Assembly (NCBI GenBank): GCA_015233145.1
Contig: JADFYI010000006.1
Location: forward strand, 4,514-68,513
Length of the DNA stretch: 64,000 nucleotides
Reading direction: 5' to 3'
Source of the DNA: Candidatus Omnitrophota bacterium
Lineage (GTDB): Bacteria; Omnitrophota; Gorgyraeia; Zapsychrales; Fredricksoniimonadaceae
Both the position numbers and the translations under genes were made by a program. Positions 1 through 8,310 of the stretch are shown piece after piece (within the stretch, counting starts at the first letter, position 1; every line of letters starts with the position of its first letter). The notes below the pieces were generated by a model, which was not told the DNA's origin, did not search any database, and was given only the letters and a program-made list of their open reading frames with translations.

Positions 1-2751
1 AAGCTCCCCGCCGACCTTGCCCTCAACTTTTTTCAAAAGCTCAGAGGCATGTTCCGCTTTTTTATCAATAGAAAGCCTGAACCCCAGGCCAAACTCGGCA
101 TTGTCTTCAAACAGTGAATTTGACCAGGCTGGCCCGCGGCCCGCACAATTTTTTGTATACGGAGTTGTCGGAAGGTTTCCGCCGTAAATCGAGGTGCATC
201 CCGTGGCATTGGCGATGATCGCGCGATCGCCAAAAAGCTGGGTCACGAGTTTAATATAAGGCGTTTCACCGCAGCCGGCACATGCGCCTGAAAATTCAAA
301 CAAAGGCTGAAGGAACTGAGCGCCCCGAACCGTGCCCTGTTTAAGTTTGGAACGGTCAGCATCCGGAAGATTAAAGAAAAACTCCCAGTTCTTGGCTTCA
401 CGATCGCGGATAGGTGCAATCGTGGTCATATTAATGGCCTTCCTCGTCGGATCTTTCTTGCTCTTCGCCGGACAGGCAGAAACGCAAACGCCGCACCCTG
501 TGCAGTCTTCTGCGGCGATCTGGATACGGAATTTCTTTCCTGCAAACTCTTTATCCTTGGCTGCTGCCGTGACAAAAGATTCAGGCGCACCTTTAAGGTC
601 TTCTTCGGAAATCATTTTACTGCGGATAACCGCATGCGGGCACACCATGACGCATTTGCCGCACTGGATGCAGGTTTCAAGGTCCCATTCCGGACACTCA
701 AGGGCCACACAACGCTTTTCATACATGGTTGTTCCTGTCGGGAATGTGCCGTCAATCGGCATTTTGCTGACAGGCAGCTTATCGCCGCGGCCGGCAATAA
801 TTTCAGCGGTCACATTTTTGACAAATTCGGTAGGATTCCCCGAGACCGGGCTTTTAAGCTCCATCTTGCTTGTCACAGCAGCCGGGACTTTAACTTCATG
901 AAGATTGGCAAGAGTTTCATCAACAGCCTTAAAATTCTGCTGAACAACATCCTCGCCCTTTTTGCCGTAGGCTTTCTGGATAGACTTTTTAATCTGCTCA
1001 ATCGCCTCTTCCCTCGGTAAAACACCGGAGATGGCAAAAAAGCAAGTCTGCATGATGGTATTAATACGCCCACCCATTCCGGTCTTGCCGGCAACAGCAT
1101 AGGCATCAATCACATAAAACTTGAGTTTCTTTTCAATAATATGCTGCTGAATAACGCGCGGTAAGGAATCCCAGGCCTGATCCTTGGGAGACGTGGTATT
1201 CAAAAGGAATACGGCGCCTTCCGCGGCATCTTTGAGCATGTCATATCTCTCGAGGAATATCCCCTGATGGCAGGCCACAAAATTAGCCTTGCCAATAAGA
1301 TACGGCGCGCGGATGGGATTGGCCCCGAAACGAAGGTGCGACACTGTCATGGAACCCGATTTCTTGGAATCATACACAAAATAGCCCTGGCCATAATTCG
1401 GGGTATTTTCGCTGATAATTTTAATGGTCGCTTTATTGGCGCCCACAGTTCCGTCTGCGCCCAGGCCGTAAAATAAACAGCAAACGCTCTTGGGGTCTTC
1501 AATAATAAAAGAATCATCCACTTCAAGGCTGGTGTGGGAAACGTCATCGTTAATACCTACCGTAAAATGGTTTTTTGAATTTGATTTTTTCATTTCATCA
1601 AAAACAGCCTTGACCATCGCCGGGGTAAACTCCTTGGACGACAGGCCATAGCGGCCGCCAATAACCCTCGGGACTGACTTTAAAGCACCGTCCTGCTGAG
1701 ATTCAAAAAGGGCATTTAAAACATCCTGATACAAGGGTTCGCCCGCACAGCCGGGTTCTTTGGTACGATCCAACACGGCCAACACTTTTGCGGTCTTGGG
1801 GATCGCGTTAATAAAATGCTTAATCGAAAACGGACGATACAGCCTCACCTTAAGGACGCCAACTTTCTCGCCCTTAGCCGCCAAATAATCCACAGTAGTC
1901 TGTGTCGTTTCAGCGCCGGATCCCATGATAATAATCACACGCTCAGCATCAGCCGGCCCATAGTAATCGAAAAGGTTATACTGACGGCCAACAACTTTTG
2001 CAAATTTATCCATCTCAGCCTGGACAATGCCCGGACACTGGGCATAAAAAGGATTCACTGTCTCGCGGCCCTGGAAATACACATCCGGATTTTGAGCAGT
2101 TCCGCGCAACACCGGCTTATCAGGGGTTAAGGCGCGATTGCGGTGGGCAATGACCAGGTCATCATCAATCATGGCCTTGATGTCAGCATCATCCAAAAGC
2201 TCAATCTTGGCCACTTCGTGGGAGGTACGAAACCCGTCAAAAAAATGCAAGAAAGGCACCCTGCTTTTAAGGGTTGCCGCGTAAGAAATAAGCGCCATAT
2301 CCATACATTCCTGGACATTCACAGATGCCACAAGCGCAAAACCTGTTTGACGGACAGACATGACGTCCGAATGATCGCCAAAAATCGAAAGGGCCTGTGC
2401 GGCAAGCGAGCGGGCCGACACATGAAACACGGCCGGTGTTAACTCGCCGGCAATTTTGTACATATTGGGAATCTTTAAAAGAAGACCCTGCGACGCTGTA
2501 AATGTGGTTGTCATGGCCCCGGCCTGAAGCGCGCCATGGACAGCCCCTGCCGCGCCAGCCTCAGACTGCATTTCCTGAATGGAAGGAATGGTTCCCCAAA
2601 TATTCTTAACCCCTACGGCCGACCATTCATCCGAAAATTCACCCATCGGAGAAGACGGTGTAATGGGATAAATTGCCAAAACATCACTGCAGCGATATGC
2701 GACATACGCCGCGGCTTCATTACCATCTAACGTGTAAAACTTACGTGCCAT
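1..2751 (-). CDS. nifJ: pyruvate:ferredoxin (flavodoxin) oxidoreductase, N-terminal 917 codons; the 3' part lies beyond the left window edge
   Basis: Not in the ORF track because it has no in-window stop. The reverse-strand frame from ATG 2751-2749 reads MARKFYTLDGNEAAAYVAYRCSDVLAIYPITPSS... and stays open to nt 1 (..KVGGEL). It carries 4Fe-4S motifs CIQCGKCVMVCPHAV and CTGCGVCVSACPA and the TPP-region motif GACAGCGETPY. An SD (agaggag) precedes the ATG. Confidence 0.93.
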   Translation of the reverse strand, partial: MARKFYTLDGNEAAAYVAYRCSDVLAIYPITPSSPMGEFSDEWSAVGVKNIWGTIPSIQEMQSEAGAAGAVHGALQAGAMTTTFTASQGLLLKIPNMYKIAGELTPAVFHVSARSLAAQALSIFGDHSDVMSVRQTGFALVASVNVQECMDMALISYAATLKSRVPFLHFFDGFRTSHEVAKIELLDDADIKAMIDDDLVIAHRNRALTPDKPVLRGTAQNPDVYFQGRETVNPFYAQCPGIVQAEMDKFAKVVGRQYNLFDYYGPADAERVIIIMGSGAETTQTTVDYLAAKGEKVGVLKVRLYRPFSIKHFINAIPKTAKVLAVLDRTKEPGCAGEPLYQDVLNALFESQQDGALKSVPRVIGGRYGLSSKEFTPAMVKAVFDEMKKSNSKNHFTVGINDDVSHTSLEVDDSFIIEDPKSVCCLFYGLGADGTVGANKATIKIISENTPNYGQGYFVYDSKKSGSMTVSHLRFGANPIRAPYLIGKANFVACHQGIFLERYDMLKDAAEGAVFLLNTTSPKDQAWDSLPRVIQQHIIEKKLKFYVIDAYAVAGKTGMGGRINTIMQTCFFAISGVLPREEAIEQIKKSIQKAYGKKGEDVVQQNFKAVDETLANLHEVKVPAAVTSKMELKSPVSGNPTEFVKNVTAEIIAGRGDKLPVSKMPIDGTFPTGTTMYEKRCVALECPEWDLETCIQCGKCVMVCPHAVIRSKMISEEDLKGAPESFVTAAAKDKEFAGKKFRIQIAAEDCTGCGVCVSACPAKSKKDPTRKAINMTTIAPIRDREAKNWEFFFNLPDADRSKLKQGTVRGAQFLQPLFEFSGACAGCGETPYIKLVTQLFGDRAIIANATGCTSIYGGNLPTTPYTKNCAGRGPAWSNSLFEDNAEFGLGFRLSIDKKAEHASELLKKVEGKVGGEL

Positions 2752-2797
2752 AAAACTCCTCTTTCTTTTATGTAATTTTAATTCTTATTGTAAAAAT

Positions 2798-2820
2798 GCC
2801 CCGCGCTTTTGACGCAGGGC
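2798..2820 (-). terminator. candidate hairpin plus short T-run between the HD-GYP gene and the PFOR start (terminator or leader element)
   Basis: Arms gccccgcg / cgcagggc give 8 bp with one mismatch and a 7-nt loop. On the minus strand the hairpin is followed by ATTTTTAC. Confidence 0.3.
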
Positions 2821-3062
2821 CTAGCACACCCGATGGGTGGAGGCCTTAACGGCCTTAAAGTGAACAACAACTACTTTGGCTTGATCAAAACGCATAGCTA
2901 TTAAAGGGAAATCGGTCAATCGTATTGAAAATCGAAGATCAATATCGACGATAAAAGATGCTGTTAAAAAAGCTTAATTAATCAATAATACACCTTTTCT
3001 CTCTTCTGTAAACAATTTTTTAACCCGAATGACCCATCAAAACTGCGGCACCTTGCGTAAAA

Positions 3063-4514
3063 TCACGCAACAGCCAAAATCTGGGCCAAAGCCTGGACCA
3101 CTTTCTGGTCAATGGCTTCCCCCATCTCCCGCATCACACGAAAAGCATCGGTTTGAGACATGGCTTTACGGTAAGGCCTGTCTGTTGTCAGGGCGTCATA
3201 AATATCAGAAATAGTCAGAATCCTGACGGAAAGGCTTATTGAGTTTCCCTTAAGGCCATCAGGATACCCGCTGCCATCGAGTTTTTCATGATGATGCCGT
3301 ATGATATCGCGTAACGGCTGTAACGACGTAATGGGCTTGATAATCCCTTCCCCGATTTCCGGATGGCGCTTCATCATGACCCACTCCTGCTCAGTGAGAG
3401 GCGCAGGCTTGGCCAGGACATCATCAGTGACTCCGATCTTTCCCACATCATGGATCTTGGCGGCATCGCGAAGATCGCCTACCTCATGAAGCGGCAAGGC
3501 AAAATGCTGCGCCAGCTGGACAGCATAGGCCCCGACACGATCCAGGTGACCGCGGGAATAAGGATCCTTGGCTTCCACAGCCATGGCCAGGGCTGAGAGC
3601 GTTTCGAAATACGTCCTGTCGGCATTGGAATTGAGCTTTGAGTTTTCTATGGCCACAGCGGTTTGTGTCGCCAAAGAGAGCAATAAAGCCATTTCCTCAT
3701 CCTGAAACGAAGACCCGGCCTTGCGTCCAGACACGGCAATAACGCCCAAAACTTTATCGCGTAAAATAAGCGGCGCGCAAATGATGGGGTAATCAAAAAT
3801 ATCATCCTGCTGGGAAGACGAAGAATCCAAATACTGAATTTTAGGAATAATCAGGGCCGTCCTGGTTTTTAAAGCAGGCGCAAACGGGCTTGTATCGGAT
3901 GAAAAATTGATCTTGTCAAGCAGGCTTGACTTAAAGCCATAAATGGCTTTCACCTGAAGAGTCTTCTTCTCTTCATCAACAAGAAGGAGCAGGCCTTTTT
4001 TCCCTGACAAGGCCTCGGTCATTGTTTCAACAATAAGGTCAAGGAAAGTGTCAATATCCCTGAGGCTGGAAATCCCCTGCCCTACACGCGTCAAGACTGA
4101 CTGCAGGGTTTTCTTGGTCATTTCAAGATTGGAAACATTCTCCTCAAGGCGGAAAGTGATTTCACGAAACGTCCGTGTCAAAATCGCGATCTCATCCTCG
4201 CTGCCTTTAAGGAAATCCTGGATCTTTTCAGGGCCTAGAACATCGCGCAACTTAACAGCGCTCGTTGATGTGACATCAATAAGATTTTTTAGCATCAAAC
4301 GCATGGCCACATAGCCGGAGATAATCCCGAAAACAACAATGGCGAGCACAATATTAAGCTGTTCCACGGAAAGGTCGACCCGGCCATTTTCCGTAAATTC
4401 AACATAAAGCAAAATCAAAACACCCAGAGGGATGAGCGTCAGAAGGACAAAAAATATATGAAATTTAACGAGTATGGAACTGTCCTCAAGGGTTTGAAAT
4501 TTTATCTTATTCAC
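3063..4514 (-). CDS. membrane-anchored HAMP-GAF-HD-GYP protein (putative c-di-GMP phosphodiesterase/receptor)
   Basis: The 483-aa ORF uses a GTG start 5 nt after GAGGAGG. It has an N-terminal TM segment, a HAMP-like segment (SEDEIAILTRTFREITFRLEEN) and a GAF-like core (ICAPLILRDKVLGVIAVSGR). The HD-GYP motifs HDVGKIGV and HHEKLDGSGYPDGL are present. Confidence 0.85.
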   Translation of the reverse strand: MNKIKFQTLEDSSILVKFHIFFVLLTLIPLGVLILLYVEFTENGRVDLSVEQLNIVLAIVVFGIISGYVAMRLMLKNLIDVTSTSAVKLRDVLGPEKIQDFLKGSEDEIAILTRTFREITFRLEENVSNLEMTKKTLQSVLTRVGQGISSLRDIDTFLDLIVETMTEALSGKKGLLLLVDEEKKTLQVKAIYGFKSSLLDKINFSSDTSPFAPALKTRTALIIPKIQYLDSSSSQQDDIFDYPIICAPLILRDKVLGVIAVSGRKAGSSFQDEEMALLLSLATQTAVAIENSKLNSNADRTYFETLSALAMAVEAKDPYSRGHLDRVGAYAVQLAQHFALPLHEVGDLRDAAKIHDVGKIGVTDDVLAKPAPLTEQEWVMMKRHPEIGEGIIKPITSLQPLRDIIRHHHEKLDGSGYPDGLKGNSISLSVRILTISDIYDALTTDRPYRKAMSQTDAFRVMREMGEAIDQKVVQALAQILAVA

Positions 4515-4528
4515 TGCGCCCTCCTCTT

Positions 4529-5380
4529 TTATTCAAAAACAACAGTCTTATTGCCATAACAAAGCACTTTATGTTCCAGATGCCAGCGCAGGGCCCGATA
4601 TAAAACCACGCGCTCCAGATCCTGGCCCTTATGAACAAGGTCTTCGATAGAATGCTTATGGTTTACACGCGCCGTGTCCTGTTCAATAATAGGCCCCTGG
4701 TCAAGGTCTTCAATCACATAATGACTTGTTGCGCCAATGATCTTGACGCCTTTCTGAAAAGCCTGGGCATACGGGCTTCCCCCGACAAATGCCGGAAGAA
4801 AAGAATGGTGGATATTGATAACTCTTTTATTAAATGCCCGAATAAACTGGCCTGTCAAAATCTGATGATACCTCGCCAGGACAACAAGTTCAATCCCTTT
4901 GGCCTTGAGTGCTTGAAGCTGCCGGGTTTCCGCCTCATGCTTGGTTGCGGGAGTCACCGGAGTATGTAGAAATTCGATGCCTGCCTGACGGGCCAAAGGC
5001 TCGGCATCAAGATGATTGCTGACAATAAGCTCAACCTTGCCCTTAAGCTGGCCAGCCTTGTAACGGAACAAAAGGTCATTGAGGCAATGCAAATGCTTGG
5101 AAACAAACAAGGCGACGCGTGTCACCTCATCTGTAAAATACAACTCCCATGCCATGGAAAACTTCTCTGCCAGAGGGCGAAACTTTTCCCCCAGCTGTTC
5201 ACGGGGAACAGAAAACCCCTCAAGTTCCCAGGCAATGCGCATGAAAAAAACATTATCCTGCTTATCCGTATGCTGGTCAGCATCGACAATATTGCCACCC
5301 AAACGAAAAACAAAGTCAGTGACAGCGGCTGTAATGCCTTTCTGGTCAGGACACGAGATAAGCAGGATAACTTGATCCAT
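4529..5380 (-). CDS. purU: formyltetrahydrofolate deformylase
   Basis: It has an ACT-like N-terminus (MDQVILLISCPDQKGITAAV) and a formyltransferase core (INIHHSFLPAF, ATSHYVIEDLDQGPIIEQD). The track start at 5410 is TTG; the ATG at 5380 matches the usual PurU N-terminus. Confidence 0.87.
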   Translation of the reverse strand: MDQVILLISCPDQKGITAAVTDFVFRLGGNIVDADQHTDKQDNVFFMRIAWELEGFSVPREQLGEKFRPLAEKFSMAWELYFTDEVTRVALFVSKHLHCLNDLLFRYKAGQLKGKVELIVSNHLDAEPLARQAGIEFLHTPVTPATKHEAETRQLQALKAKGIELVVLARYHQILTGQFIRAFNKRVINIHHSFLPAFVGGSPYAQAFQKGVKIIGATSHYVIEDLDQGPIIEQDTARVNHKHSIEDLVHKGQDLERVVLYRALRWHLEHKVLCYGNKTVVFE

Positions 5381-5421
5381 AATGCTTCGGCCTACTTCCC
5401 TATTTCTCAAAAACGCATGAA

Positions 5422-6753
5422 TTAAAACTTATAAATCAACGACGACTGGACACGGTTATCTGTGGAATCAACTCCCGTCACCCAGTTCGTATTAAAACGC
5501 TGATATTCAAGGCCAAGTATAAGATCCTTGGTCAGGCTATACTTGATGTTAGTCCAATAAGTATCATTGGAACTCCAGGCCGCGCTGGTCACTGTGTTCT
5601 TATCATTCATCAACTGGTCGATGCCCATACCAAAGTTGGTTTCAACCTTTTTCAAAGGATTATAGGTCAATTCCATAAACCCGCCGATAGTGCGCAGGCC
5701 CTTGGTTGTGGCATTATAAGACGTGTTATTAGTTCCCACGGCATTGTTGACATAAAACCTGTCAAGCCTTGAGCCTTCAAAGCCCTCAGCCTTCAATGCC
5801 AGCCAATCTGTGAATTTTAACGTTGAATTAAGGGTCACGGCATAAATATCATTGCTCTTATTACCCTCGGAAGTCCCCAAAGCGTCTGTGGAGCTCTGCC
5901 CAGCAATACCGCCGACGCCAAAATTAGAAGCCACACCCATAATCTTGGTATCATAAGAAGCGTAAACACCCACAACCGGAGTTTTGCTGTTTTCCTGGTA
6001 AAGATCATCCGAATCAATAATACCGACTTTCGTGGCCACATCCCCACCCAGGATTTTTCCCCATTTATTGGTCAAATAAGCCTGCGGATGACGGTGCCCG
6101 ATATTTCCCGCGCGCCAGGCATTGCCTGAGTTCAGCAAGTTGGTGTTAAGAGGCGCAAAAAAGTCCCAGGTGTGCCCTGCGGTCACGCCCCATTTGTCAT
6201 AATCAAGAGTAATATAGGCATGACGAAGCCGCGGTGTATATGTGGCCTGAGCCGATGGATTGCCGGCAAAATCCATTTCAAACTTTCCACCGACCTTGCC
6301 GCCGTCATCCATGACCGCAGGCTTAAAATTAATGCCCAAACGGATATCCTGGCCAGACATATTAAAATCACCCTGATGTTTCTTCAAAGTATTCGAAGGG
6401 GCATTATAAGAAGCCGCAGCACCATTGGTAGCAGCAGTGCCAAGGGCGGCTTCAGAATCAGAATAAACAGCATCTACCTTGATAAATCCGTAAAGCTCCA
6501 TATCAAACTTGGTCTTTAAAAAGTTTCCTGACGGGGCTGCGGCGGCAGGGGCTGCGGCAACAACTGCGGCAGGGGCCGGCTTGTTCTTTAATTCCATGAC
6601 TTCTGCTTTCAAGGCCGCGTTCTCTTTTTCAAGCGCCTCAACGCGTTTTAAGATATCGTCCAGTGTCGCCTGTGCAAAAGCCTGGCACGGCATGCCGCCC
6701 AAAAATGCCACCACAACGAAAAGCGCCAGCACCCTTTTAAAGATTTTCCCCAT
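5422..6753 (-). CDS. outer-membrane beta-barrel porin with N-terminal coiled coil (DcaP-like architecture)
   Basis: The signal peptide ends ..CQAFA|QA. It is followed by a heptad-like segment (LDDILKRVEALEKENAALKAEVMELK), an Ala/Pro linker and an aromatic-alternating barrel region. The C-terminus is ..SLIYKF with a terminal Phe. A strong SD (aaggagag) precedes the start. Confidence 0.7.
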   Translation of the reverse strand: MGKIFKRVLALFVVVAFLGGMPCQAFAQATLDDILKRVEALEKENAALKAEVMELKNKPAPAAVVAAAPAAAAPSGNFLKTKFDMELYGFIKVDAVYSDSEAALGTAATNGAAASYNAPSNTLKKHQGDFNMSGQDIRLGINFKPAVMDDGGKVGGKFEMDFAGNPSAQATYTPRLRHAYITLDYDKWGVTAGHTWDFFAPLNTNLLNSGNAWRAGNIGHRHPQAYLTNKWGKILGGDVATKVGIIDSDDLYQENSKTPVVGVYASYDTKIMGVASNFGVGGIAGQSSTDALGTSEGNKSNDIYAVTLNSTLKFTDWLALKAEGFEGSRLDRFYVNNAVGTNNTSYNATTKGLRTIGGFMELTYNPLKKVETNFGMGIDQLMNDKNTVTSAAWSSNDTYWTNIKYSLTKDLILGLEYQRFNTNWVTGVDSTDNRVQSSLIYKF

Positions 6754-6795
6754 ATTCTCTCCTTTGTTTTTGCCTAACGTCCACAGAACCGATTC

Positions 6796-7371
6796 TTACT
6801 TTGCTGTTTGAGGTATGGATCCTAAACACGCCTCAACAACAATACATTTTTGCCCCCAAAAGGTAAACACAATTTCCTGTTTTGTATAGAGACTGTAATC
6901 AAACGGCAGTCCCTCGGGAACAGTATTTTTCTTTTTGATAGGTGCAGAAAGAAACAAATCCGCATACCCGCGGCTTGTCAGCCCGTTTTTGACTTTTCCT
7001 GCAATAATGTTGCACATTTCCCCGCAAATATCGAGCATGACCTCTTCATTCTCGGAATCCTTGATCGAGCGGTTAAACGCCCGCAGCAACTTTTCTGCCT
7101 GGTCTTCCTTGATAAAAAGGATGAGCGTCCCCACAACATGCCCGTCATCCTTGTCTTTCTGGGAAAGGTAATAATTAATCGCTGTCGCATACGCCGGACC
7201 GTTAAACTTTTCCATGGGAAAAACCCGCATACGGCTGTCGGATTCAATAATCTCTTTTTCCGTAACAACAGGCTCTGCCCCGTATTTGACACGGCACATC
7301 TGTTCAAAAGTATCTGACACAACACCTATGATGGTGGTGTTTAAAACCTGCTTATCAAACTCTTTGGGCAT
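6796..7371 (-). CDS. CheX/CheC-like domain protein
   Basis: The 191-aa ORF contains one exact copy of the CheC/CheX/FliY consensus D/S-x3-E-x2-N-x22-P: D-ICG-E-MC-N followed by 22 residues (IIAGKVKNGLTSRGYADLFLSA) and then P. Confidence 0.6.
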   Translation of the reverse strand: MPKEFDKQVLNTTIIGVVSDTFEQMCRVKYGAEPVVTEKEIIESDSRMRVFPMEKFNGPAYATAINYYLSQKDKDDGHVVGTLILFIKEDQAEKLLRAFNRSIKDSENEEVMLDICGEMCNIIAGKVKNGLTSRGYADLFLSAPIKKKNTVPEGLPFDYSLYTKQEIVFTFWGQKCIVVEACLGSIPQTAK

Positions 7372-7414
7372 AGTTTAATTCCGGGCATCTCTTAAACATT
7401 AAACGCAATGGAGG

Positions 7415-7588
7415 CTACCCATCCTGACCTTCAGAAAGCGAATTCACCTCGGGTTGAGAAGGGGTTGAAACGCCCTTCTTCATCCCATAAAAATAAATCA
7501 AACAAAAAAGGGCGGCTGTCAAAATAATAAAAAAAGGATACGTCCAGATCTGCGGCCGCTTGGCACGGTGGTCATAGAAAATTGACAT
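7415..7588 (-). CDS. hypothetical 57-aa single-TM protein (below the ORF-track cutoff)
   Basis: Hand translation gives MSIFYDHRAKRPQIWTYPFFIILTAALFCLIYFYGMKKGVSTPSQPEVNSLSEGQDG*. It has one clear hydrophobic helix and ends 43 nt upstream of the CheX-like gene. No convincing SD is present. Confidence 0.25.
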   Translation of the reverse strand: MSIFYDHRAKRPQIWTYPFFIILTAALFCLIYFYGMKKGVSTPSQPEVNSLSEGQDG

Positions 7589-8043
7589 CGATTATCATAT
7601 CCGGTTAGTTTACATATAATATTTGTTATTAGTCTACAAGAATTGAATAGGGAAAAAAAGCAAAAAGTTGAAATTTAACACAAAAGGGTATTTCAGGGAA
7701 TTATGGCACACGTAACAACCCGTAAGAATTCTGCAACTTGATGATTTATATAAAGTTACAAGAAATACCCTCAAAACAAAAAAAACGTTTTTTTCTTATG
7801 GCCTTCATGGCAACACCAAAAGCCAGATGCTATACTTTTAAAGGGCAAGACAAAGTTCGTTCTTTACCAGTTTTTTAACTTGGCAAACTACTTGAAAGAG
7901 TAGGACGCAAAGCCGTGAGCCTAACCTCATGTTTTTTATGAGCAGGGCTGTCTGGTTGCCGTAACCAAAGTATCTTTTTTGGCTCCGTTAATTTTTCGTC
8001 CTCTCTTTCAAAAAGGCTAACTTTTTGAAAACAGGGGGCGAAA

Positions 8044-8298
8044 ATGTTAAAACAAACCACATCCCTCACACTCACAGCAATCATCCTTTTAAGCGCCACA
8101 ATCGCTCAGGCAGAAACTGTTTCCAAATCATTTAAAGTGAGCGTCACTATTCCGCCGTCAGTCACTCTGGTCAACAACTTTGTTAATAACGCTCCTGACG
8201 CCGTAGCTCTTCAAAAAAGGCTGCCGCTATCCGTTCAGGAGCAAATAGAGATTCGGGGCTCAAAAACCGTTGTTGTCAAATCGATTGTCGTTCTGTAA
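8044..8298 (+). CDS. small secreted protein carrying the N-terminal subunit motif of the 12194/14532 paralogs
   Basis: The signal peptide ends ..ATIAQA|E and is followed by TVSKSFKVSVTIPPSVTL. Compare SLTKNFAVSATIPLTSSI (12194 gene) and SATKTFGVSATVPLATGI (14532 gene). The gene is convergent with the large OM protein gene across a 12-nt gap. Confidence 0.55.
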   Translation: MLKQTTSLTLTAIILLSATIAQAETVSKSFKVSVTIPPSVTLVNNFVNNAPDAVALQKRLPLSVQEQIEIRGSKTVVVKSIVVL

Positions 8299-8310
8299 AG
8301 CGCGAAAGGA

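Noticed and set aside
7600-8040. The long AT-rich intergenic region as a hidden ncRNA or small-protein locus.
   Set aside because: It contains only very short ORFs (12-26 aa) without SD and only weak 4-5-bp stems. It is more likely promoter/regulatory DNA for the flanking divergent genes. I cannot support a specific feature.
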